Virus record (IMG/VR): IMGVR_UViG_3300036781_000806 | Span: 2,430-66,429 of that record | Length of the DNA stretch: 64,000 nt | Strand: one strand, 5' to 3' | From: a virus | Part shown: positions 48,981 to 58,045 of the stretch, in pieces | Layout of the letters: each line of letters begins with the position of its first letter | Numbering within the stretch: the first letter of the stretch is position 1 | Position numbers and translations under genes: made by a program | The notes under the pieces: generated by a model | Seen by the model: the letters and a program-made list of their open reading frames with translations, nothing else | Database searches by the model: none | Told to the model about the DNA's origin: nothing

Positions 48981-49532
48981 ATGTTGTACGGCGAATTGAA
49001 TACAATCACGCTTTCTGACGGCTCAGCCATTCAAGGTCTCAAGGTTCAGATTCCGCATCCCCGGAAGACCGCCGTTATCCGGCGTCCGACCGATAAGGAG
49101 CTAGACGCCACAAAGGAGAAATTCCGTAAGCTGCTCAAAAAGGACCCGGCCAGCACCGACAAGATGCCGTACCTGGATCTGTTCAACGGTATCCGGCTGG
49201 ATCAAGACGGGGAGGACTTCGACGAGTATGAAGCCGAGCACATCATCGGGTGGGCCATTCAAGCGACGGCGGATTCAGAAACAATAGGTGAGGAACTGGC
49301 CGTTACGATCACGACGCCCACCTGCACGGTTCGCCATTTCCTACGCTTCCCAACCTTCAAAGAAATGCAGACCAAGACGGGCGCGGCGTTGTTCGATGCC
49401 CTGTTCCTGCGTCAGGAAGGCTACGCGACGGGCTGCGAGATCCCAGCACAGCATCGGGAGCTTGCGATGCGCGAAGTCATCAAGAATCATCTGTCGATTG
49501 ACCCGTTCGTCTCGACGGACCCAAACGCCTAA
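48981..49532 (+). CDS. Tail assembly chaperone G, right
   Basis: MLYGELNTI...DPNA*, paralog of 20711-21268. Confidence 0.75.
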   Translation: MLYGELNTITLSDGSAIQGLKVQIPHPRKTAVIRRPTDKELDATKEKFRKLLKKDPASTDKMPYLDLFNGIRLDQDGEDFDEYEAEHIIGWAIQATADSETIGEELAVTITTPTCTVRHFLRFPTFKEMQTKTGAALFDALFLRQEGYATGCEIPAQHRELAMREVIKNHLSIDPFVSTDPNA

Positions 49533-50005
49533 AGCCGGAAGATTATCCGGACCCGCCAACCTTGCGGTTCCTCATCAACCGGCAACTCCGACGCGACTCC
49601 CTGTGCGCGGGCGGTCCAGACGGCGCGGTGCGCTGCCCTGTCAGGATGCAAGATCCGCTCATGATCTGCGACGATTGCGGAGCACGACACCGACGGTACA
49701 ACCAGGACTGCCCATCATGCGGATCGCCCGACACCACCACCGTGCAATGTGACGACTGCCCGGTGAAACGCCTAGACGAACTTATGCGCTCTGACGCGGG
49801 TGCGTTGCTGCCACAGGTGTATGAACTCAACCGAGCAGCCGAAACATTCAACATCGACTGGGGCGACGTGTCGGCCACGATGGGCAAAGGGTTGGACATC
49901 CTCAAGCAGGAACTCAACAAGCTGCACTCCGAACACATGGAGTCGGCCAAGCAGAAACCGGCCAGCATCGACTGGGCTAAGGTGAAGCGCTCAAACGGTA
50001 AATAA
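49520..50005 (+). CDS. Tail assembly chaperone T extension (-1 frameshift product), right
   Basis: C_CCA_AAC at 49520-49526; -1 frame reads DYPDPPTLRFLINR... Confidence 0.75.
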   Translation, partial: PKRLKPEDYPDPPTLRFLINRQLRRDSLCAGGPDGAVRCPVRMQDPLMICDDCGARHRRYNQDCPSCGSPDTTTVQCDDCPVKRLDELMRSDAGALLPQVYELNRAAETFNIDWGDVSATMGKGLDILKQELNKLHSEHMESAKQKPASIDWAKVKRSNGK

Positions 50006-50009
50006 CGGT

Positions 50010-50447
50010 GTGAAAATAACCAGAGCGCGTTTCACCCTGAGTCCGTTTTCCTCCGAGCAAATGGCTGGCATCGGCAAGGTGCTCGCCAAATCGATCCGGG
50101 ATCGCATCGGATCGGGCCTCAACGCCCTCGACCAATCAGCCAAGCCTCTGAGACCAGGACGGCGCGGCAAGAAGGGCTACCCAGAGTACAAACAAGCCCA
50201 TGGGATCGCGCCCGTTCGCAACTGGACCTGGACCGGGCGCACGTTGCGGAGCCTGCAGGTGCTCTCCGTCAATCAGAACCGTGGAACGATCGGCTTCGTA
50301 GACGCGATGGGCGACCAGAAGGCGCACTATAACAATCTGATTGAAAAGGCGTTCGCAGTCAGCCCCAAAGATGCGGTGGCGCTGCGCCAAGCCGTTTACG
50401 ACACGTTCCGATCAGAAAAGCCAATTCAATTCCGGCGCGTAGCCTGA
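50010..50447 (+). CDS. Virion morphogenesis/tail completion-like protein, right copy
   Basis: Paralog of 19799-20251. Confidence 0.65.
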   Translation: MKITRARFTLSPFSSEQMAGIGKVLAKSIRDRIGSGLNALDQSAKPLRPGRRGKKGYPEYKQAHGIAPVRNWTWTGRTLRSLQVLSVNQNRGTIGFVDAMGDQKAHYNNLIEKAFAVSPKDAVALRQAVYDTFRSEKPIQFRRVA

Positions 50448-50487
50448 TGCTTCCGGAAGTGTTGGCGAATGATAGCATTCAAAGGTA

Positions 50488-51174
50488 ATGTCTATAAGCG
50501 TCTCATTCGGGAATCCAACCATTCTGATGCGATCTTACTTTTCCTCTCACCACCTGTGGGCGGCGCGGTACTTCGTCGTCCGAGCAATAGAAGTCGAAGC
50601 TCGCCAAAAAGACATTCCTCGATTCGACTTGGAGCAGCGGGCCTTTGTTACGGGTGCGATCCTTTCATCTGTGGCGTTCCTAGAAGCAGCCATTAACGAG
50701 GTGTTAAAGGATGTGGCCGATGGACATGAGAGCTACATTTCTCCTATTGCTCCTACCGCCAGTGCTGAAATAAAGGCTTTCTGGGAGTCAGCAGGGAACG
50801 GCGCTCGGTTGTCGGGGCCGGTTCTGGATAGGTATCAGGCCGTCCTACGGTTTTGTGGCGAAGCGGAATTCTCCAAAGGGCAAGCGCCCTATCAGGACGC
50901 GGATTCAGTGACAAAGCTCCGTAATGAATTAATACACTACATGCCCGAAACTCTCGGGGGCGAGAATCAACATAAGCTCGGGCAACGGCTCTCAAAAAGT
51001 TTCCCAACGAACCCTCTGTTAGTTGGTTCGGGGAATCCCTACTTCCCTGACCACTGCCTAGGCAGTCCTTGCGCGGACTGGGCCGTCAATTCTGTGCGGG
51101 CCTTTGCTGACAGCTTCTTCAACAAGATTGGCGTTTCCCCCAACTACATGCGTGTCAACTTTCCTGCGGTCTAG
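50488..51174 (+). CDS. HEPN-like protein (moron)
   Basis: AI..SVAFLEA.INE helix and RNELIH (RxxxxH); lower GC. Confidence 0.6.
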   Translation: MSISVSFGNPTILMRSYFSSHHLWAARYFVVRAIEVEARQKDIPRFDLEQRAFVTGAILSSVAFLEAAINEVLKDVADGHESYISPIAPTASAEIKAFWESAGNGARLSGPVLDRYQAVLRFCGEAEFSKGQAPYQDADSVTKLRNELIHYMPETLGGENQHKLGQRLSKSFPTNPLLVGSGNPYFPDHCLGSPCADWAVNSVRAFADSFFNKIGVSPNYMRVNFPAV

Positions 51175-51206
51175 TCGCACCAAGCACCTTTCCCATAAAT
51201 ACTCCT

Positions 51207-54200
51207 ATGGGTTTGGAAACGGTTGTCTATGAAATCGACACACGGTCAACGCTAAAAGCGTTACAAACCATCAATGATGCGGTCACGCAGGGCGAAGGCA
51301 AGCTCAGCGAGCATAACCAAAAGCTCAGCGATGCGTTTTCCAAAGTTTCCAACGACCTAGTAAAGTTCTCCGACAAAGCAACCCAATCACAGGAGCGGTT
51401 TCTAAAATCGCTAGAGCGGCAGGCTGACTTAGCGGGCAAGTCGGGCGTCGATAAGCTGATTGCAGATCGTGACCGGCTCATCCGGAAATACCAGGACGAT
51501 GAAAAAGCGGTGGATCGCGTCACCGCTGCCTACAAGAAGCTGATCGCCGCCGAACAGGGCGGAGGCCAGAACAATCTCCAGAAGTTTGGCCAGAGCATCA
51601 CCCAGTTCATTCAAAACCCGCTACAAGCGGCTGGTGGTCAGGCCACCACGTTCCTGGAAGGCATCGGACCCGTAGCGGCTGGCATCGCCTCCGTCGCGAC
51701 GGCTGCTGTCGCTCTTGGCGTCGCTCTTTATAAGGATGTGGAAGCGTTCGGCGAAGCATCGGAACGGCTTATCAATCTGTCTGCCTCAACCGGCATCGCG
51801 GTCGGAGACCTGGACAAGCTGCAGGCGATGGCGAAGTTGACCGGCACCGACATTTCCTCGATCACTCGCGCCGCGACCACCATGGACGAGGCCCTGGAAG
51901 AAGGCGGCGAGAAGGGCAAGAAGCTCGCCGACAATCTGGCTAAGCTCCATGTCTCCACGATTGATTTCAATGGTGCGCAGAAGCAGGGCGGCGAGATCCT
52001 AGGTGAAGTGTTCCACCGGCTGGCGCAAGTTTCAGACCAAACGGAACGGATCGGCCTAGCAGCCGAAATCATGGGACCGAAGGTCTCCCGTAACTTCCTG
52101 CCCATCATCCAGAACCTGGATGCTCTCAACCAGAAAGCAGAAGAGCTTGGTTTCGGGATGCGCGACGGCCTGATTAAAGAGGGAGCCGAGGCCGCTGAAA
52201 CGCTGCATGAAATGAGCTTACGCTTTGACATTCTCGAAGGCAAGATAGCCGGGTTTGTGATTGGCGCGGTCAAATGGCTGGCACCGTTTAAGGACAGCAT
52301 CCTAGAGGCGTTTAGTCCGTTGCTCGAAGCGCTCAGCCTGTTGGACCGCTACAACGCAGCGGTTCGAGACGCCGAGTCAAAGAAGTACGACCTGTCAGGC
52401 GGTAGCAAGACCCTCGATGTTTTCAAACAGAAGAACATCGCATCTGCGCAAGCCTTCAATTCCGCGCAGGGCTTGAATCAGGAAGACGCCATCAAGCAGA
52501 AGATCAAGGACCTGGAAGAGCAGAAGCAAAAGGCCCAACTCATCATCGACACCGCCGCACGTGGCCAGCTTGCAGACCGGCCATCGCTTGTTAAAGCCGA
52601 GCACGATGTTACCAAGTCGAATCAGCAGATCGAAGCCAACAAGAAGCTGTTGGAGCAGATCAGCCAGCGCAAAGAGTTTTTGAAACAGTTGCACGAGCAG
52701 GAGCTTGGCGCTGGCGATTCTGAACTCTCCGCGTACGACCGCATCATCGCCAAGCGTGACGAGCAGATCCAGAAGGCGAAAGAACTCGGTTTCGTGGGTT
52801 CGCAGCTTGCCCAAGTCACCGCGACAGAAAACAAGAATGCCATTCGTGACATCGACCTGTTGAATCAGCGGCTGGACGCTCAGCAGGCTAAGGAGCTAAA
52901 AGCAATCGCGGTAACTGAGGCCCGCGCCAACTTGCACCAGCAGCAGGCACGCCAGCTACAGATTCCCATTCGTGATCTTGGTCAAAAAGGCGTCACGGCA
53001 TCAGACATAGAGGCCGACATTGCAGCGGCCACGCAGCAAAAGCTGTTATTTGCTCAGCAGGAGCACGACCAAGAGATTTCGCTCGCCAATGAATTGAAGC
53101 TGTCGAACGGCCAAACAGACGAGCGAGCAAAACAGCTAGCCATCGCGCACGCCGACTCGCAGTTGCGTCAGGAAGCGGGCCAGATCGAGACGGATCGAGA
53201 GAAGCATCTCAGCGATCTGCGCCAGAAGCAGATAGACCAGCACCGAGCCTTCCAGGAAGAGCTATCCAAGATCACGTCGGGCGGAGCCGCCGACGATGTG
53301 AAGTCGCGCTCTGGCCTACTCTCAAAGCTCTCAACGCTCAACCGGAAAGACGACCGGCAAGGCGTCATCGAAGACGAACTCAAAATCAAGATTGACGAAG
53401 CCAACCAGCTTGCCAAGATTGAGCTTGACCGGATCAGCCGAGAGGAGGACGGCTATCAGGCCAGCCTCAGCGCCGAAAAAGCATTGCGGCAACTCAAAAA
53501 GGAAACGGACGACGCCCACTCTGAGGCGATCTTGCAACAGGCAGAGCTTCAGCACCAGCAGTTTGAACAGGTGAAGTCCGAAGCTGAGAAGCTCTACAAC
53601 ACGCTCTTTACTAAGCCCAAGGATTTCGGGAAGGATTTAGCCAGCACGCTGCATTCAGCGTTTTTGAAGCCAGTCACGGAAGGCTTCGCAGGCGTCACGT
53701 CGCGTGCGCTCCAGCCGTTGATTTACGGTCGGGATGGAAAGTCAGGAATCGCGGGCGCGTTCGGTAACTTGTTCGGCGGAGCCGACAAGCCTGACAAGCT
53801 CACGCTGTCCAACGACCAGAACACCAGGGCCACGGATCAGAACACCGCTACTCTGTACGGACTCACCACCATTATGTCTCGTGGGTTGGGTCTTCCGGCT
53901 CCTCCCGCACCATCCGGCCTCGCAGGAGCCTCAGTATCCCTGTCGGTATCCGGGAGTGGCTCCGGAGGTTCTTCTGGGCCTCTCTCGATACTCGGACGGC
54001 TGGCCGGGATCGGCTCAGCGCCCATCGTGATCCCGCCGTCCTCGAACGGTAACTTCGGTGGTGGGTCATCGGGTGTGGCGGCGATCTCCAGCGGCATCAG
54101 CTTTCCAGAGCTAGGCACGGGTGAAGACCTCGGCACCAGCATCACCACGCCTTCCGCGCCGATGTTCGGCTCCGAGAGTCTCGGTCTGCCTCCGGGTCTC

Positions 54201-55094
54201 AGGATTCCCAGCGGCACGGGCGGCTTTGGCAGCGTTCTAAACGGCCTCGGCGGGAAAGGTGGGTTCAACCTCTCCAGCTTGAAAGGCATCAACTGGGGTT
54301 CATTCTCACACGCGGGTGATTTCACGGGCGCGGGCGGTGCCAAGGTCTCAGGTGGTGGCCGCATAACGGGCGTTAACGGTCTTGCAGGAGCGGCGTTGTT
54401 CGCGGGTGGATCGCAGTTAGCCGAGGCTGGCTTGCTAGGTAACGCACGCGGAACTGGCCTAGGCATTTTGGAGGCGGGTGCCGGTGGTGCTGCACTCGGC
54501 ATGAAATTTGGTGGTCCTCTCGGCGCGGCTATCGGCGCTGCTGCTGGTGTGTTGGCTGGCGTTGGTGAAAAGCTGGCGGGTGTTGAATCGCCGGTCAACG
54601 AAGCCAAGCGCCTTGTGAAGCAAAAATACAGCGTCACGATTGACACGCAGTTTGCGCAGAAGATCGTGCAGACTGCACAACAGAAGTACGGCGGCAAAGT
54701 CTCGCTGGCCGTCATGGATCCGGAAATCCGGAACGCTCTCATGGTCTACGCTTCGGGCACCGGCCAGAAAGTGCCGTTGTCGAGCACGATGCCGCACGCA
54801 GGCAACTTGGCGATGTCTGGAGGCCAGCTCCAGCAGGAAGCCTCCTACATGTTCGGGCAGGCGTACACATATCAATCGAATCTGCCCAGCTACGGCAACG
54901 TCAGCAGCACCACGCTACCCAACACGAGTCCTGCCATCAGCCTGCACATTGATGGTCAAGCTGCTGGTGCATTCATGGCCGGTCAGGTAGTGACGCCCGA
55001 TTTCGTGCAGCAGCAAGCCAGCCAAGCTGCAAACTACTCGAATGGACGAGTCCAGAACTCAGCAACCTTGAACCAGCCGTTGCTCTACGTCTAA
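51207..55094 (+). CDS. Tape measure protein, right copy (1295 aa)
   Basis: N- and C-termini very similar to the left TMP. Confidence 0.85.
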   Translation: MGLETVVYEIDTRSTLKALQTINDAVTQGEGKLSEHNQKLSDAFSKVSNDLVKFSDKATQSQERFLKSLERQADLAGKSGVDKLIADRDRLIRKYQDDEKAVDRVTAAYKKLIAAEQGGGQNNLQKFGQSITQFIQNPLQAAGGQATTFLEGIGPVAAGIASVATAAVALGVALYKDVEAFGEASERLINLSASTGIAVGDLDKLQAMAKLTGTDISSITRAATTMDEALEEGGEKGKKLADNLAKLHVSTIDFNGAQKQGGEILGEVFHRLAQVSDQTERIGLAAEIMGPKVSRNFLPIIQNLDALNQKAEELGFGMRDGLIKEGAEAAETLHEMSLRFDILEGKIAGFVIGAVKWLAPFKDSILEAFSPLLEALSLLDRYNAAVRDAESKKYDLSGGSKTLDVFKQKNIASAQAFNSAQGLNQEDAIKQKIKDLEEQKQKAQLIIDTAARGQLADRPSLVKAEHDVTKSNQQIEANKKLLEQISQRKEFLKQLHEQELGAGDSELSAYDRIIAKRDEQIQKAKELGFVGSQLAQVTATENKNAIRDIDLLNQRLDAQQAKELKAIAVTEARANLHQQQARQLQIPIRDLGQKGVTASDIEADIAAATQQKLLFAQQEHDQEISLANELKLSNGQTDERAKQLAIAHADSQLRQEAGQIETDREKHLSDLRQKQIDQHRAFQEELSKITSGGAADDVKSRSGLLSKLSTLNRKDDRQGVIEDELKIKIDEANQLAKIELDRISREEDGYQASLSAEKALRQLKKETDDAHSEAILQQAELQHQQFEQVKSEAEKLYNTLFTKPKDFGKDLASTLHSAFLKPVTEGFAGVTSRALQPLIYGRDGKSGIAGAFGNLFGGADKPDKLTLSNDQNTRATDQNTATLYGLTTIMSRGLGLPAPPAPSGLAGASVSLSVSGSGSGGSSGPLSILGRLAGIGSAPIVIPPSSNGNFGGGSSGVAAISSGISFPELGTGEDLGTSITTPSAPMFGSESLGLPPGLRIPSGTGGFGSVLNGLGGKGGFNLSSLKGINWGSFSHAGDFTGAGGAKVSGGGRITGVNGLAGAALFAGGSQLAEAGLLGNARGTGLGILEAGAGGAALGMKFGGPLGAAIGAAAGVLAGVGEKLAGVESPVNEAKRLVKQKYSVTIDTQFAQKIVQTAQQKYGGKVSLAVMDPEIRNALMVYASGTGQKVPLSSTMPHAGNLAMSGGQLQQEASYMFGQAYTYQSNLPSYGNVSSTTLPNTSPAISLHIDGQAAGAFMAGQVVTPDFVQQQASQAANYSNGRVQNSATLNQPLLYV

Positions 55095-55095
55095 G

Positions 55096-55554
55096 ATGCC
55101 GATGAACCTTGTAACAGCGAGTCCGCAGGGCGTTTTGCCCCAGATGCTCTACACAGCATTTGAGGAATCGCGCGTCTTCCCGATGTTGAGCCAGCAGTAC
55201 CACGACAAAACCGTGGAGCGCTCGTTGATCCAGGATGGTGTGAACGCGCCCGAGTCGATCCGATCCTGGAAACTATCGGTGCGCCTGACGAGCTACCAGG
55301 ATCTCGACGGACCGGGAGCGCTACAGCTTGCCACGCTCCGAGACTTTTACGCCGCCCATCTCGGAGGCTTGGTTCCGTTTTACTGGTACCACCCGTTTGA
55401 ACAGTCGGATGGAACGCCGGTTGGCTCCAACTACGACCCAACCGGCGACTCGGAGCCGGGACGTCACGTCGTGAAGTTTCGGAACCAAAGCTGGCAGGAG
55501 ACGACCGACATGTCGATGACCAATGTGTCGTTTGAGCTGCTGGAAATCGCCTAG
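55096..55554 (+). CDS. Distal tail protein, right copy
   Basis: Paralog of 15548-16003; last structural gene of the right module. Confidence 0.7.
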   Translation: MPMNLVTASPQGVLPQMLYTAFEESRVFPMLSQQYHDKTVERSLIQDGVNAPESIRSWKLSVRLTSYQDLDGPGALQLATLRDFYAAHLGGLVPFYWYHPFEQSDGTPVGSNYDPTGDSEPGRHVVKFRNQSWQETTDMSMTNVSFELLEIA

Positions 55555-56010
55555 CCACAGTACCGTACTAGATTACACATAGAAATGCGGTGGCAGTAGC
55601 CTTGGAACCATCATCTATATCACTGTTTAATAAGCCACTTATTAGCTTGCAGCAGAACTAGTCTCGATGCTAGGACTGTGATTGCGTAATCTATTGTGGT
55701 AGTAACTAGACAAAGGTAAGTCCGACTGTCCCTATTGAAATTCCAGATTTGGAGAAAACGCCGTTACGCCTCTATTTTACATACTGTTACAGGCTTGCTT
55801 GGTAGCTGAACCCATGGATTCCGGTCCAGGCCATCGACGATTTTTCGGGGAAAAAGAGAGAAAGAGGAATTTTAATCTTGAGGGCAGGAGCAAAGTTGTG
55901 CTCCTGCATATTTCGTATAACTGATTGGTTATCTGCATGATACGTGTAAGCACTCGGTTCTCTCCGCCCAAGACGGCTCGCCATGGCTGTCTATGAGGAC
56001 GGACATGGTA

Positions 56011-56039
56011 TTGAACAAAGTCCAAGTGTCGTGTACGAT
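56011..56039 (+). promoter_or_regulatory. Sigma70-like promoter
   Basis: TTGAAC-N17-TACGAT upstream of the 56078 ORF. Confidence 0.45.
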
Positions 56040-56077
56040 GGATCACGTTACGGGAAAATTCGTGGAAGTCCGTAGAG

Positions 56078-56800
56078 GTGGTCATGACTGAAACCAACAC
56101 CAAGAAGCTGGCGACGCCACCATATGTTGCCTATCGCACCTTAAGGAATTTCCTGGAGGGATTTCAACAGGGAACTCCGGGAAGAATCGAGCGAAGCGCA
56201 ATGGGTGGGAAGTCGGGCGCTGTTCAATCGCAGTTGATGACGGCGTTGAGATTTCTCGGCTTTGTCTCGGAGAACAATGTTCCCTTAGACGTAATGAAAA
56301 AGTTTGTTACGGGAGATGCGGCGGCGCAGGGCCAGATGATGGGATCTATTCTTCGGCAGCACTATCCGTTCATCTTTTCCGACGATTTTGATTTTGCGAC
56401 CGCTACAGGCTCCATGGTCAGGGAACGTTTTGAGGAACATACGTCGGCAACCGGCGAGACCGTAGCGAGGTGCATCAATTTCTTGAAGGACGCGGCTCAA
56501 GATGCCGGAATTCAGGTTTCCCCATTTCTCTCACACAAAAACGCAAATGGCCCAAAGAAGCGAAGCGCAACTGCGGGAGGGCAACGCAAGACCGAGAGAC
56601 CTGCCGAGCGCCCAACGAATGAGAGTGGAACTGGCCCCTCAGTAACGAATCAACCGCAAATCGCTGCTCAAAGCAGCTTATTACTCTGGGGGCTGTTCCA
56701 GCGGCTTCCTAAGCCTGGGTCAGTTTGGCCAAAGACTGATCGCGATCAATGGACGGAAACGCTTAACAACGTCCTGATGCTGGAGTACAAGGAGCAATGA
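56078..56800 (+). CDS. DUF5343-like protein
   Basis: PPY....TL..FL......P.RI.RS......G....L..AL.FLG...Y...F pattern. Confidence 0.6.
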   Translation: MVMTETNTKKLATPPYVAYRTLRNFLEGFQQGTPGRIERSAMGGKSGAVQSQLMTALRFLGFVSENNVPLDVMKKFVTGDAAAQGQMMGSILRQHYPFIFSDDFDFATATGSMVRERFEEHTSATGETVARCINFLKDAAQDAGIQVSPFLSHKNANGPKKRSATAGGQRKTERPAERPTNESGTGPSVTNQPQIAAQSSLLLWGLFQRLPKPGSVWPKTDRDQWTETLNNVLMLEYKEQ

Positions 56801-56895
56801 GCGCGTCGGCCTACTACAAGTTTCTGCCTTCCAAAAGCAGAGAACCCCGTCGTCACCCAGCTTCCAAAACCGGGGCGGCGACGGGGCTTACACAC

Positions 56896-56983
56896 GGAGG
56901 GTGTCTAGCTGGCGCTAGGAGCGGCCTTATAAACCGCAAATGTCTGTCCGGGCATTGGGGTCCGATCCCCCCACCCTCCGCCA
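56896..56983 (+). tRNA. Allo-tRNA-like gene: 8/4 cloverleaf, anticodon UAU, long variable arm, G73, encoded CCA
   Basis: Acceptor GGAGGGTG/CACCCTCC (8 bp); D-arm CTAGC-TGGC-GCTAG; anticodon loop CTTATAA; V-arm AATGTCTG/CGGGCATT; T-arm GGGG-TCCGATC-CCCC (4 bp); ends GCCA. Confidence 0.85.
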
Positions 56984-57005
56984 GTTATTTTAGCAGGGAG
57001 ATCAA

Positions 57006-57491
57006 ATGCCAACAAACTTTTTAGCAGGGCTTAGCGCGTTGAAAACCGGTACCGATCTATTGCGCGTCCTCAGGGACGCCGCAAAATCCGGCGAGTTGAA
57101 GCCCGACGAGTTTGCCTCGCGCGTCGGAGAGATCTACGACTACATCGTTGACTCGAAGGACGCGCTGGTCGATGCCAAGGATGAAATCCAAGAGCTTAAA
57201 ACTCGGATTCAAGCTCTCGAAAATCATCAACAGATTGATGGCGAGCTAAAGCATGACGGCTACGTCTATTGGCGCGATCACCCCGATGGGAAGCGGACTG
57301 GTCCCTACTGCGTTTATTGCTGGACCAGGGATGGCACGCTAGTTCCAATGACGCACATTTCTGGCACGTTTGGCGGCACGAAACCATCGCGCCGTTTCGA
57401 TTGTGCTATTCACGAGACCGTCCTCGTTCCTACTGGGGAGCCAGTACCGGAGTCGCCGCCGTCAGTGCGGAGAAGACCATATGGCCGCTAG
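57006..57491 (+). CDS. Hypothetical coiled-coil + Zn-ribbon protein
   Basis: GGGAG SD; GPYC..CW...C..H. Confidence 0.7.
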   Translation: MPTNFLAGLSALKTGTDLLRVLRDAAKSGELKPDEFASRVGEIYDYIVDSKDALVDAKDEIQELKTRIQALENHQQIDGELKHDGYVYWRDHPDGKRTGPYCVYCWTRDGTLVPMTHISGTFGGTKPSRRFDCAIHETVLVPTGEPVPESPPSVRRRPYGR

Positions 57492-57514
57492 ATCCCGTGT
57501 TACGCTTTTCTTGA

Positions 57515-57763
57515 ATGTCGATTGACGAGATTGTAGCTTTACTGATCCAAGAACGTGACCGGCTCAACGCCGCCATCGCAGCTCTCCAAGGACCGCTTAA
57601 ACGCCGTGGGCGACCGCCCCGGAATGCCGCCGCGCCAGCCACGGTTGCACCGACCGCCTCCGCGCCCGCGTCCAAGAAGCGCATCAAGCGCACAGTAGCG
57701 CAGCGGAAGGCTCAGGCCGAGCGCATGAAGCAGTATTGGGCAGCTAAGAAAAAGAAAAGCTAA
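57515..57763 (+). CDS. Small basic AT-hook nucleoid-associated-like protein
   Basis: ERDRL..AI.AL coiled coil, KRRGRPP, ...RK..A.RM...WA.KK. Confidence 0.7.
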   Translation: MSIDEIVALLIQERDRLNAAIAALQGPLKRRGRPPRNAAAPATVAPTASAPASKKRIKRTVAQRKAQAERMKQYWAAKKKKS

Positions 57764-58045
57764 GACAGGCCGTCAACTATCGACGTTTAAACAGTGGGGG
57801 TCTTGGATGATGGTTTCAATATCCACTTTAGGGATTGGGACCACGGGCAAGCGGCGGCGGCTCGTTGTCGTTCAGGAGGTTGTTTTCGTGCTCCTGAACG
57901 CTTTTGAGGTCATCCACAAGGCCCCGCGCACGTCCGATGGATTCAGCAATATTGTCCCGCAGTTCGTCGGGATCAGCGCCAACATCTTGGGAGTTCATTG
58001 CACTTAACGAGACCGCTGTAGCTGCCAGAACGTTACATCAAACCG

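Larger units (their letters stand above)
38410..51201 (+). promoter_or_regulatory. TA(A/C)ATA late-promoter-like motifs, right module
   Basis: TAAATA at 38410, 40403, 42234, 43102, 47388, 49999, 51196; TACATA at 46886, 48925. Confidence 0.65.

Noticed and set aside
15548-55554. Inverted duplication as a simple assembly repeat artefact
   Set aside because: The copies differ throughout at nucleotide and protein level and carry different morons. A chimeric join of two phages still needs read-level exclusion.
36953-55554. Gene transfer agent or capsid-forming PICI label for the right module
   Set aside because: It has a sequence-specific cos-type gpA terminase with a cos-like site and its own tail tube and TMP, and no integrase or primase is seen. 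It fits neither definition well.
56896-56983. Ordinary tRNA-Ile or tRNA-Sec
   Set aside because: The 8/4 stems and long variable arm are not tRNA-Ile-like; the anticodon is UAU, not UCA, and the T-stem is 4 bp.
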